Of a stretch of 18,188 nucleotides of DNA, positions 7,364 through 15,510 are shown piece after piece (position 1 is the stretch's first letter; every line of letters starts with the position of its first letter). The translations under genes were made by a program, and so were the position numbers. Under the pieces are notes generated by a model. It saw nothing but the letters and a program-made list of their open reading frames with translations. It searched no databases and was not told the origin of the DNA. This stretch comes from a virus (Duplodnaviria; Heunggongvirae; Uroviricota; Caudoviricetes): IMG/VR virus record IMGVR_UViG_2671181094_000006; one strand, 5' to 3'.

Positions 7364-7973
7364 ACAAAGTCAGGCCAATGCCTCTGGCTGCTTTCCCCGT
7401 CTTACGCTCAATCACGCCCGTGATTCTATCTACTACCGGACTGAATGCCTGCCAGTAAGCCATCTCCATTGCTGACAACTCTGCCCGCTTCCTGTCAAAC
7501 GTAGCCCAGCGCATCCCCTTTGGTTTTGGGAACATGCGAATATCATTAAACAGGTTATTGGTAAGGTCATTGTTGCCCCATATCGCGCATCGCTGCTGGC
7601 GTATCTTCATTCGCATCCTGTCCAGTCTGTCGGCGCTCTGGCTTTTATAGTGGAGTTTCCAGCATCCCCGGCAGCCAATATCTTTTTTGCCGATATACAG
7701 CTTCGCTACCCGCTTTATGCAGTGGGGACAGACGTACCATTCCCGCACACCATACCCGGCTTGTGTGGTCGTGGTTCTGATTGCCCGTGTAACGCCGTTG
7801 ATTGTCATGGCGTAGCTGTCGGCTTGCCGGAAGGTATAAAACGTTCCGCTTTCGGTCTGGGTATAAAGCTGCGTCCCCGGTTCGGCGTCCGCCAGCCTGC
7901 TACGCATGTGCGCAAGGAATGGCAACCCTATGCGGGGCAGGTCGGTGGTATAGCTGCGTGTTCTGCCTCTCAC
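7362..7973 (-). CDS. conserved island protein with putative zinc ribbon (CPHC...CRGC); possibly YagK/YfjJ (inovirus Gp2-like) family
   Basis: 203-aa ORF with GTG start at 7973 preceded by AGGAGG at 7 nt spacing. Cys pairs lie in WYVCPHCIKRVAKLYIGKKDIGCRGCW. The family assignment is from memory and weak. Confidence 0.6.
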   Translation of the reverse strand: MRGRTRSYTTDLPRIGLPFLAHMRSRLADAEPGTQLYTQTESGTFYTFRQADSYAMTINGVTRAIRTTTTQAGYGVREWYVCPHCIKRVAKLYIGKKDIGCRGCWKLHYKSQSADRLDRMRMKIRQQRCAIWGNNDLTNNLFNDIRMFPKPKGMRWATFDRKRAELSAMEMAYWQAFSPVVDRITGVIERKTGKAARGIGLTL

Positions 7974-7989
7974 TGGCTGGCCTCCTGTG

Positions 7990-8260
7990 AATTACTGCGA
8001 ATCAAACTGCGAATGCGCAAAAATGAATACGAAATAATATGCGTATTTTACTGTAAATTGCGCACCAGTTTTGCAATTTCACATCAATAAAGCCAGTAAC
8101 CGCGCGGGTTGAGGATGGTTTGCGCATTGGTATCCGTTTCGTTTTGCGCAGATTTTTTGTGAACTGCGCAAATCGCATTGCCGCCGTTAGAATCCGTCAG
8201 ATGGTACGCACGCTGAATGCGCAGTTTTGCCGCGTACCTGACTGCGTACTGCGAACCAGT
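7990..8260. repeat. cluster of palindromic TGCGCA hexamers (at least 6 copies) and CTGCGAA motifs (at least 4 copies) in a 420-bp non-coding region
   Basis: Read directly: atgcgcaaaaa, attgcgcacc, tttgcgcatt, tttgcgcaga, ctgcgcaaat, atgcgcagtt; actgcgaa occurs four times. Lies between the PerC-like stop and the 7362-7973 gene start. Confidence 0.4.
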
Positions 8261-8395
8261 GGCGCGAACCAGAATATTATGGACAACCTAAATCACGTTC
8301 TGGCTTCCAGCCCGCGACTGGCGCGGTTCTCTCTTCATATCGGCTTTGAGTCTGTCCAGTACAGTCCAGAATTTACAGCCGTTTTAGTGCGAACA

Positions 8396-8707
8396 TTACT
8401 GCGAACAGTCGCCCCCGATGGTGGCCTGTCGTTGCTTCTTGCCGCCATTTAACCGGAAGGCGTTACCGTTCGGTTGCGCTATCCCCATGCGGTGTTGCGT
8501 TTCGGTAACAGCTTTATGCAGATCGCCAAAGTCCTCAACCTTCACGGGCGGGCGCTTCACGTTCTCCAGACACGTTTCACGGCGGCGCTTTATCCATTCC
8601 CGATCATCGTCCTCGGTGCATAACAGCATGACTTCCATCCATCGCGCGGCGGCGCGTCGGTACAGCCCTTTTGCTTCCAGATCCTCGGCTTTACTGTCGT
8701 TTACCAT
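8396..8707 (-). CDS. PerC-family transcriptional activator-like protein
   Basis: N-terminus KAEDLEAKGLYRRAAARWMEVMLLC...REWIKRRRETCL resembles the PerC pattern (AE.LE..GLWRRA..RW.EV). GAGGGGG RBS upstream of ATG 8707. Confidence 0.55.
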   Translation of the reverse strand: MVNDSKAEDLEAKGLYRRAAARWMEVMLLCTEDDDREWIKRRRETCLENVKRPPVKVEDFGDLHKAVTETQHRMGIAQPNGNAFRLNGGKKQRQATIGGDCSQ

Positions 8708-8718
8708 GTGTATCCCCC

Positions 8719-9180
8719 TCAGAATGGATCTTCATCATCAAACGGCGGGCGCTGGTCAAAATCATCAGGGGTGTTATATAGCTCCCATCCCGGCGCGGAT
8801 TGTGTTGCGTGGCCTCTGCTGGCTCCGCTTGCTTTGACTGATTCGGCCCGCTTCCCGCCAGGGCGTACCGTTCTGGCGCTGATTACACTGTCGGCTACTA
8901 CCTGATAACCTTGCTGTATACCGCCATCCTTGCCCGTCCACTGATTGACCTGCATCGCTCCGGCAACACTGACTAAATCGCCTTTAACGTGTCCTGCCAG
9001 TGCGTCGGCCTGTTTGCCGAATGCCACCACGCCCAGCCAGAAAGTAACCTCTCCGCCCTCTGCTGCATGGCATGGCAGTGCCACCGCTAAACGCCCCATT
9101 GCCATGCTTGTACCGTTTGCTGTGGTGCGGGTCTGCGGGTCTGCGACTAAACGCCCGTAGGCTGATATCTGTGCTGTCAT
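8719..9180 (-). CDS. ssb: single-stranded DNA-binding protein
   Basis: OB-fold pattern (GRLVADPQTRTT.NG...W..VVAFGKQAD...KGD.V.V.G....QW) and acidic C-terminal tail DDEDPF typical of SSB. Confidence 0.8.
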   Translation of the reverse strand: MTAQISAYGRLVADPQTRTTANGTSMAMGRLAVALPCHAAEGGEVTFWLGVVAFGKQADALAGHVKGDLVSVAGAMQVNQWTGKDGGIQQGYQVVADSVISARTVRPGGKRAESVKASGASRGHATQSAPGWELYNTPDDFDQRPPFDDEDPF

Positions 9181-9283
9181 TTTGCGAATACCTCGAATTA
9201 TTAGTTTTGCTAATGAAGATTACCCGGCTCCGTCTTATTGTGGGACACCTTCGCCAGATTTTTTTGTATATAAACAAAAAAGT

Positions 9284-9545
9284 TGGTGGTTCAGGTGGTT
9301 CAGTGGTTCAGTACCCCTCTAGGCCGCGCCATCTCTGGGTTTTGCTGAACCACCTTTTAAATTTATCTGGTGGTTCAGTCGCCCTTCTTGGTGGTTCACT
9401 GCCAGCCAGTGAAAATAATCCGTTTCTCTCTGGTGGTTCAAAATACCCGTTTGGTGGTTCAGTGGTGGTTCACTTTCTTACAAAAAAACATTATAAATCA
9501 ATAACAATTACTTACTGAACCACTGAACCACCTGAACCACCACAA
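9284..9545. repeat. iteron array, putative satellite origin of replication (about 12 copies of GGTGGTTCA(G/C) in both orientations, flanked by A/T-rich stretches)
   Basis: Read directly, for example tggtggttcaggtggttcagtggttcag and ctgaaccactgaaccacctgaaccacc. Lies immediately downstream of the primase-helicase gene, analogous to the P4 ori/crr iterons. Confidence 0.7.
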
Positions 9546-9567
9546 AAAACCTCGCACGTGAAAAAGA

Positions 9568-12345
9568 TTATTGCTCTGGCTGGCTTTCCTCCCCATCCGG
9601 CAGGAATTGCAAAACGTAAACGTTAATCTGCCTCCCCTGAATGCGCGGGCTTTTCCTCTGAAATTTTTTTCCGTCTGCCGAAGGGGTAAGCATCCCCGAT
9701 TCTTTCAGGACGCGGGCCACCTGCTGCCTGTTAAACCCCTTAGCAATATCCTTATCGAAAGTGTCGGGGAACGTGTAAAACGTTATCGGTGAATCGTCAT
9801 GATTTCCGCGCTGCCTGTATCCAGCCAGATTATGAATCGGCAGGCTGGCGGGGTCGTAAGGCAGCGGCGCGAATCGACTCAGGCCATAGGCATTTAAAAA
9901 TGCCTCCGCCTGCTCGATGATCTGCTGGTGCTCTTTGTTCCCCGTGCCGAACTCTTTTAGCCATGCGTTATAGGCGTGCTGTATCGCATCCCGGCACGTT
10001 TGAGCATCCCAGCCAGTAACCACGCCACCCATCAGTAAAGCGGCCTCCAGAATGGCAAATCTTGCCCCTACACGGTGAACCTGTTCCCCATAGTCGGCAG
10101 GAATTAGACTGCGCCAGCGGGCCTCACACTCACGAACGGCATCAATCGCCTGTTGCTGGTGGTCTGAAAGCCATCTGATCCACTCCCTCCCGGCAGCGCC
10201 ATGATGGTTCTGGTAAGCGTCTTTCAGCGCGTCGGCGTGGTCTCTCCCTGTCTGGTACTCATGAAAGCGCACCGCCTTACTCAGCGGGATATTCAGCAGT
10301 CGCACCAGTTGCCCCGCTTTTGTCTTGCGTCCTGCGGTGGAGATGAACGTTTCTAAATCCATTTCCCCGGTGCTGATTGCCACGGTGCGCCAGCGTTTCA
10401 GATCCCGGTTGCCTCCTTCCTTTGCTCCCTGCAATTTCCCCACGCCGTTAAACAGGGCATAGGCAGACTGAGCAACGCTTATCGGGTCTGCGCCCTGTCC
10501 GACTTCATCCAGTGGCATCAGCCCGTCATTGTGGGCGGCGGCCTCGTTTATCAGCCCCAGCGCCGTTCCGTACCACGTCAGGCGCAAGGCATCAGGGTTG
10601 CCATAAAGACTGCTCGCCACGTTCTGCGTGGTTGTTTTCCCGGCGCTCGATTGCTCGTAAAAATGAATCCCGAAGCCGTCACGCTCCGCCAGCCCGATTA
10701 ACGGTGCTGCAAGTGCGGCGGCAATGCCTGTCATCATCGCGTAGTTACCGTATGCCAGACGCGCAACACTCTTACGCCAGCTCTCTGAGGTTCCCGCCAC
10801 GGTGTACCCGGCAGCGGCAGAACTGCGGCCACTGAATAAAACGGGTTGTGCAGGTGCGCCGATAATCTCCCCGTCCGGCATGATGTATGCCCCGCACTGC
10901 CAGCCAGTAGCGTGAGCAACACGCCACAATTCACGTGAGCCGCTACGCTGTAACCAGTCAGCCAGAATCGCCCGCAAGCTGCTTTTGGTGGTGACGTTAA
11001 CCCCGCCCGCTTTCAGGGTGCGCCAGCCTTCGCGCTCCCCGATATCAGCCAGGGGGATAGCCGCTGTTGTCGGTATGCCTGCGCCAAAGGCCAGCCAGCG
11101 TAATATCAGATACTGATCCTTGTCGTCCCGCCCGGTGCCGATAACGTCCATCGGTGAGGCCAGCCAGCTTTCATTGTTGATAATCTCGCCGCTTTCCTTG
11201 TCCACTTTAGGCGTGATCCAGTAAACGCCATCTTTGCGGCTCTCAATGCGGGGTTTTAGCGGGTCTTTCTCTGGCTGGTCAGTTTTACCGCCCTCAATGG
11301 CCTGTAGTTGTGGTTTCACGCATTCCCCCTGCGGCTGGTACATCGAATCATTAAACGCAGCCGTAGCGACTTCCAGCCCGTGTTGCTGGTGGTAGTCGTT
11401 CCAGTCAGCTTTGCTGTCAGTCGGTGGCAGCGATACCCAGCCAGCCACGGATAAAGCCGCTTTCTCTGCGGCCTCCTTCCCGATGTTGGTGGCTCCGGTT
11501 TCGGAGGCTGCTGTAGGGTGGTCGTTATCTGCGGCGATAATAATTTGCGACTGCGGGTGTTTCCGGCGCATTACTCCGGCAACGTGGATCAGGTTCCCGG
11601 CGTCAATTGCCGCCACTGTGAGCGCGTCAGGCCGCATCTGGTGAACGGACAGGGCGGTAGCCAGCCCCTCGGCAATCACGACGCTTTGAGGCCGTTCCAG
11701 CGCGTTTACGGCGTAATATGCCCCGCGCTTTGCCGATCCCTTAATGAGTCGCTTTTCTCCCTGCGGGGTGATGGTCTGCGCGGCTGTGACTGCGCCGGAT
11801 TCATCCACCAGCTCCAGCAATAACGAACCATCGGGCATAAGCGGGTATTTAAACCCGGTCAGCCCTTTTGATTGCAGGTACTCAGATTCTCCCTGTATGG
11901 ATCTCAGGCGCATTCCGGTATACAGACGGGCAAACGTAGCCCTTCGCTGATCTGCGTCCTCTGCTGCCTGTTTCTGGCGCTCCTGCTCACGCTGCTGGCG
12001 GTCTGCGGCTAACTGCCTCTGTCTCTGGCTGGCAGCGTCTGGTGCTGATTCTGCGGCCCGGTAATCAATACCCAGCACATCAGCGGCAAGCTGTGCCGCC
12101 TCCGTGGTGTCGCAGTTGTTCACCTTCTTAATCAGGTCTAAGCCATCGCCCGCGCCGCACTGGTTGCAGATAAAGCTGCCGCGCCCGTTGTCGTCGAATC
12201 TGAAACGGTCTTTCCCACCACATGCAGGGCAGGGGGCATGGCGGCGCGATGAATCAGGAACGTCGATAGACAATCCGGCCAGCACATAAGGCCATCGCCC
12301 TGCTGCGGCGCTGGTCACTTCGCGGATAAGGTCGATATTACGCAT
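9568..12345 (-). CDS. primase-helicase (P4 alpha-like: N-terminal zinc ribbon, TOPRIM primase, C-terminal P-loop NTPase)
   Basis: 925 aa. Zinc ribbon CPACGGKDRFRF...CNQCG, TOPRIM acidic motifs (VVIAEGLATALS ... IIIAADND), Walker A-like SSAGKTT. GGGAGG RBS upstream of ATG 12345. Confidence 0.9.
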   Translation of the reverse strand: MRNIDLIREVTSAAAGRWPYVLAGLSIDVPDSSRRHAPCPACGGKDRFRFDDNGRGSFICNQCGAGDGLDLIKKVNNCDTTEAAQLAADVLGIDYRAAESAPDAASQRQRQLAADRQQREQERQKQAAEDADQRRATFARLYTGMRLRSIQGESEYLQSKGLTGFKYPLMPDGSLLLELVDESGAVTAAQTITPQGEKRLIKGSAKRGAYYAVNALERPQSVVIAEGLATALSVHQMRPDALTVAAIDAGNLIHVAGVMRRKHPQSQIIIAADNDHPTAASETGATNIGKEAAEKAALSVAGWVSLPPTDSKADWNDYHQQHGLEVATAAFNDSMYQPQGECVKPQLQAIEGGKTDQPEKDPLKPRIESRKDGVYWITPKVDKESGEIINNESWLASPMDVIGTGRDDKDQYLILRWLAFGAGIPTTAAIPLADIGEREGWRTLKAGGVNVTTKSSLRAILADWLQRSGSRELWRVAHATGWQCGAYIMPDGEIIGAPAQPVLFSGRSSAAAGYTVAGTSESWRKSVARLAYGNYAMMTGIAAALAAPLIGLAERDGFGIHFYEQSSAGKTTTQNVASSLYGNPDALRLTWYGTALGLINEAAAHNDGLMPLDEVGQGADPISVAQSAYALFNGVGKLQGAKEGGNRDLKRWRTVAISTGEMDLETFISTAGRKTKAGQLVRLLNIPLSKAVRFHEYQTGRDHADALKDAYQNHHGAAGREWIRWLSDHQQQAIDAVRECEARWRSLIPADYGEQVHRVGARFAILEAALLMGGVVTGWDAQTCRDAIQHAYNAWLKEFGTGNKEHQQIIEQAEAFLNAYGLSRFAPLPYDPASLPIHNLAGYRQRGNHDDSPITFYTFPDTFDKDIAKGFNRQQVARVLKESGMLTPSADGKKFQRKSPRIQGRQINVYVLQFLPDGEESQPEQ

Positions 12346-12359
12346 TCGTGTTACCTCCC

Positions 12360-12986
12360 TCAGTGCGCCGCTGGCATTTCAGGCAAGCCGTTTTCATTCA
12401 GATCGGCAATGAATCCATCGTGTAGCTCTGCCAGCGTTTCACGCCCGAACGGGGTCAATTCCCCGCGCTCCGTGTCGATCATGGCCTGATAAAAAACAAT
12501 GGCGTTCGCTGTTCCCTGCTCAATGCCGTAGCGCTCAATCATTGCGCCCTCCATGTTGTTAGCCATCGCCAGACGTTCCGCGAACGGGTAAACCACAATC
12601 CCCGCCGTGCCATTTGAATAAAACGTCACCAGCGACGATTTGCCGTCATCCTCCGTGATGGTGGTTGTGCCGTTTTCGCGCTTCATCTCAGAAATGAACG
12701 TCGCAGCAATCAGCCAGCGCCACATAGTGACGTTATGCTGCGCGGTAAAGTCGAACCAGCCACGCGCCCCGCCATCAGCAACGGCAAAATGTATGGCGTA
12801 TCCGATATCTGGCTTGTCGTCGTACTCTCCGGCGTCAAGGCCGTTCACGGCGCTCTCGTAGCTGATAAGAGCAACCAGCTCAAATCCCCCGGCATCATTG
12901 CGGGTCATGATATTGACGCCGTGCGGTGTGGCTTCGGCGCGTAATACGTCGTCATTTCCCGGTGTGAATTTCTCTACGTTGCTCAT
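12360..12986 (-). CDS. hypothetical protein (208 aa), last gene of the small-gene operon upstream of the primase
   Basis: ATG overlaps the upstream stop as ATGA. No motif recognised. Confidence 0.6.
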   Translation of the reverse strand: MSNVEKFTPGNDDVLRAEATPHGVNIMTRNDAGGFELVALISYESAVNGLDAGEYDDKPDIGYAIHFAVADGGARGWFDFTAQHNVTMWRWLIAATFISEMKRENGTTTITEDDGKSSLVTFYSNGTAGIVVYPFAERLAMANNMEGAMIERYGIEQGTANAIVFYQAMIDTERGELTPFGRETLAELHDGFIADLNENGLPEMPAAH

Positions 12987-13195
12987 GCTTTGCCGTCCAG
13001 ACTCAAATCCATATCAACTAACTCGCCTTCTACTGAATCCATCAGCTCGGGGATACCATCCAGAAGGGTAATGACTGCGCCAATAAGATGATCCGTGCCG
13101 CTATCTTTTTTAATCGGTGCTTCAAGCCAAAGAGAAAGAACTTGCTGCGCTTGCTTGATACGGCAGGCTGAATCAATCAGGGATAACTTGCTCAT
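12983..13195 (-). CDS. hypothetical protein (70 aa)
   Basis: Translationally coupled (ATGA overlaps at both ends). Confidence 0.55.
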   Translation of the reverse strand: MSKLSLIDSACRIKQAQQVLSLWLEAPIKKDSGTDHLIGAVITLLDGIPELMDSVEGELVDMDLSLDGKA

Positions 13196-13452
13196 GCGCT
13201 GCCCTCCCGATACTCGCGCATCTTCGTTAGTTCATCAGCCAGGCGATTAACTTTGCGCTCGGTTCTAATGGTTGCGCATCTCAATTCGGTGATTAATGTC
13301 GCAAGTCTGGCACCATAAAGCGGATTGGCGGCACGTAATGGCCCGTCCAGATAAAGATTCCATAACTCAAGCAATTCACTGGCATAGCGCACCGCTGCCG
13401 TTGCGTCACCTGTCGGGATTGTTTCTGGTTCAATTACGGCGACTGTATTCAT
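13192..13452 (-). CDS. hypothetical protein (86 aa)
   Basis: Translationally coupled (start/stop overlaps). Confidence 0.55.
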   Translation of the reverse strand: MNTVAVIEPETIPTGDATAAVRYASELLELWNLYLDGPLRAANPLYGARLATLITELRCATIRTERKVNRLADELTKMREYREGSA

Positions 13453-13712
13453 GCGCTGCCCTCCGCATCAATACGGGCTATATCGACAATCGCCAGGACT
13501 TTATCCAGCCAGCAATGCACGATGGCCGCCTGCTCATCGTCGAGGCGTGGTGCCAGCTCAGTCATAACGTAAGCCAGACCATTACGGGCGCGGGTCATGC
13601 GTTCCGCGGTACGCTCTGCCAGCGTAAAATCTTCCGGGTAGGGTTGTTCACGGGATAACATCGCCTCGGCCTGAAGCACTGCAGGATGGAGATAGATAGT
13701 GTGAATGTTCAC
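13449..13712 (-). CDS. hypothetical protein (87 aa, GTG start)
   Basis: GTG at 13712 overlaps the upstream stop as GTGA. AGGAGG lies 7 nt upstream. Confidence 0.55.
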   Translation of the reverse strand: MNIHTIYLHPAVLQAEAMLSREQPYPEDFTLAERTAERMTRARNGLAYVMTELAPRLDDEQAAIVHCWLDKVLAIVDIARIDAEGSA

Positions 13713-13888
13713 GCTGCCACCTCCTGAACACGGGTGATGCGAACGTGTTTATAACCGCCCTGCTGCGCCAATAACTGAGCGGTCGATTTGGCTGTATCCG
13801 GGCTGGCACCGGTCAGGGTGTAGTGAATGCCGACGGTGTTACCGCGCTTATTAACCGCGTATCCGTCAATCTGGAAGGTTTTACGCAT
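13709..13888 (-). CDS. hypothetical small protein (59 aa; start taken at MRKTFQIDGY, the ORF track extends further)
   Basis: GGAGGTG RBS lies 4-5 nt upstream of ATG 13888. The longer ORF-track start lacks an RBS. Confidence 0.55.
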   Translation of the reverse strand: MRKTFQIDGYAVNKRGNTVGIHYTLTGASPDTAKSTAQLLAQQGGYKHVRITRVQEVAA

Positions 13889-14084
13889 GACGCACCTCCG
13901 ACACCGGCAGGCGAGCAGCCAGAGAGAGGATAAAGTGCGGCGCCAAAATGCGGCGGGCGTCACGTTCGGTTGCGGCCTCGACGGACAGGCGGCAGGGAGT
14001 GGCCTTTTTGTCGTGACGGTTGAGCGCCAGAAAGCGCCAGATGTAGTTGTTCCGCCCTTGCGGGTGTGTGATATGATCGTTCAT
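13881..14084 (-). CDS. hypothetical small protein (67 aa, MNDHITHPQG...), first gene of the leftward operon
   Basis: This is the C-terminal 67 codons of the 391-aa track ORF 13881-15056. GAGG RBS upstream of ATG 14084. The rest of that long ORF crosses a promoter region, an opposite-strand gene and terminators. Confidence 0.5.
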   Translation of the reverse strand: MNDHITHPQGRNNYIWRFLALNRHDKKATPCRLSVEAATERDARRILAPHFILSLAARLPVSEVRHA

Positions 14085-14190
14085 AGCTGCCTCGTTATCT
14101 ACGCTAACGTTGGTGGTTAGAGGCCCGTTGGTGTTGTCGCACCTGCGGGCTTCGCTGTTTTTGTGCCTTACCTGTGCTTTAGCTGTGGAT

Positions 14191-14253
14191 AAGGTGTTTA
14201 AATACCTTATATCAAGGTGTTTAAATACGTCAAGCCAAAAGTATTTAAACACT
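14191..14253. promoter_or_regulatory. operator-like repeats: AAGGTGTTTAAATAC twice in direct orientation plus one inverted copy (GTATTTAAACAC), in a divergent promoter region
   Basis: Read directly. The repeat is centred on the palindrome TTTAAA. Lies between the leftward operon start (14084) and the rightward small gene (14317). Confidence 0.55.
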
Positions 14254-14316
14254 TCACAAATCTGTAGAGATGATTTATTTTCTCTAGTGTTAAAACACCA
14301 ACAGGAATCATCTTCA

Positions 14317-14520
14317 ATGGCTACAGGGCACAGAAACAACAAGTCTGCATACAAGGGAATCAGATTCCCATATGAATTGGTTGAGGAAATTGACGCCAGC
14401 GTAGAGCGAGAGAAAGCCGAAAACTCCGGGGCCAATTTCTCCGCATGGGTGCTGGATGCCTGCGGACGTAAGCTCAAATCAGAGCAGCGCAAAAAATCCA
14501 AAGCTGAGCCAGAGGCATGA
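14317..14520 (+). CDS. small putative DNA-binding regulator (67 aa, ribbon-helix-helix-like), candidate island repressor
   Basis: MATGHRNNKSAYKGIRFPYELVEEIDASVEREKAENSGANFSAWVLDACGRKL... The only plus-strand gene in this region, divergent from the replication operon across the operator repeats. The ORF-track N-terminal extension from 14110 looks non-coding. Confidence 0.5.
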   Translation: MATGHRNNKSAYKGIRFPYELVEEIDASVEREKAENSGANFSAWVLDACGRKLKSEQRKKSKAEPEA

Positions 14521-14662
14521 GTTATGCCTGACTCAACACGGTGTAAATGGCGAGACGCAATCGCTGTTGTTTTTTTAGTTGCAACTGCGTATTCCTCATA
14601 CTGGATAGTTAAGGCTATCGTGTCGCTAATCAGGTAACTGAGTTGGAAAAGCATAAAGCAGA

Positions 14663-14690
14663 GGGTAGGATTCGGAATCCTGCCCTTTTT
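14663..14690 (+). terminator. rho-independent terminator (8-bp stem GGGTAGGA/TCCTGCCC with one G-U pair, loop TTCGGAA, then TTTTT)
   Basis: Read directly, downstream of the 14317-14520 gene. Confidence 0.5.
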
Positions 14691-14807
14691 CCTCAAAGTG
14701 AGGACTGGTGGAATAATCAATGACTTAGGCACAAAGCGCCATTTTACGCTTTGCCATAAAAACAATGAGAAATCTACCAGAATGCAAATTTGCACTCTGT
14801 TCAGACT

Positions 14808-14894
14808 TTGACCATCAGCATTAACCCTGGTATGCTTAATCTGTTTCGGTTTTTCGTAGTGACATTGGCAGCTCTGCAAAGCTGCCTTTGTTTT
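14808..14894 (+). ncRNA. candidate short antisense RNA (about 50 nt) convergent on the 3' end of the Bro-N gene
   Basis: -35 TTGACC (14808-14813), 17-nt spacer, -10 TATGCT (14831-14836). Hairpin GGCAGC-N8-GCTGCC (14867-14886) followed by TTTGTTTT, which overlaps the Bro-N stop codon. Confidence 0.25.
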
Positions 14895-15510
14895 ATGCAT
14901 CATCTTCAACGCCCTCCAGCAATCCGGGTTGATACTTTCTCCATAATCCAATTTCTTCCATCTCAAGACGGGCTTTCTCTCCTTTGCACGCCTGTAGGTC
15001 GCTACCGCACTTACTGGCTTTCTTTGTGTACTGATCCTTGCGGCGACTGAAGTCATTTAGGAATGAGAACGGGACGCCGTATGAACCGGTTTTACGTATT
15101 GACGGGATTACTTCGCGGAACACCCAGTTTGTAAATCTGTGGGCAAACGAGCCTGTAGTAGAAGCTTTACGACTACGGGCAATCAGTTTATAAAAGCCTG
15201 ATTCTGCGGCCATATTCCAGCTACGTGCTCCACCACGTTTACCCGAATGACCCTCAGTTAAAGTTAGGGTCATTACCTCGTCGCCATCCAGAGAGGCAAC
15301 GGCACTGGTTGGATTGCTGATTTCCAGCGCCTGGCACACATCAGATACAACGAACCACGGCTCACCGAAAACATTCACGATCCTGACCGTGCGGCCTTCA
15401 AATTTAATTACTGAAATATCATTTTCACTTGCCGTGAAATTAGCCTTTTTGCTGGCTTCAGGGTGAGTCTTGCCGCTGCCAGTTAAGGCAGTAAATTTTT
15501 TCTGAGTCAT
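14893..15510 (-). CDS. Bro-N domain protein (phage antirepressor-like)
   Basis: N-terminal region FEGRTVRIVNVFGEPWFVVSDVCQALEISNPTSAVASLDGDE matches the Bro-N/antirepressor N-terminal signature. GGAG RBS upstream of ATG 15510. Confidence 0.75.
   Translation of the reverse strand: MTQKKFTALTGSGKTHPEASKKANFTASENDISVIKFEGRTVRIVNVFGEPWFVVSDVCQALEISNPTSAVASLDGDEVMTLTLTEGHSGKRGGARSWNMAAESGFYKLIARSRKASTTGSFAHRFTNWVFREVIPSIRKTGSYGVPFSFLNDFSRRKDQYTKKASKCGSDLQACKGEKARLEMEEIGLWRKYQPGLLEGVEDDA

Noticed and set aside
9284-9545. Possible CRISPR array (short repeats with spacers)
   Set aside because: Repeat units are only 8-10 bp, occur in both orientations with irregular spacing, and sit next to a primase; this is an iteron origin. 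The TGTCAA and TGCGCA clusters are likewise too short and irregular, and no cas genes are present.
9571-12289. Several 60-110-aa plus-strand ORFs inside the primase gene
   Set aside because: Antisense to a long gene with clear domain content; no independent support.
13881-15056. 391-aa minus-strand ORF in the six-frame track
   Set aside because: Only its last 67 codons (13881-14084) have an RBS and look protein-like. The rest crosses a promoter/operator region, is antisense to the 14317-14520 gene, crosses two terminator hairpins and overlaps the Bro-N gene out of frame. Its translation is low-complexity with no domain. The length of the open frame is unusual, but I treat it as non-coding.
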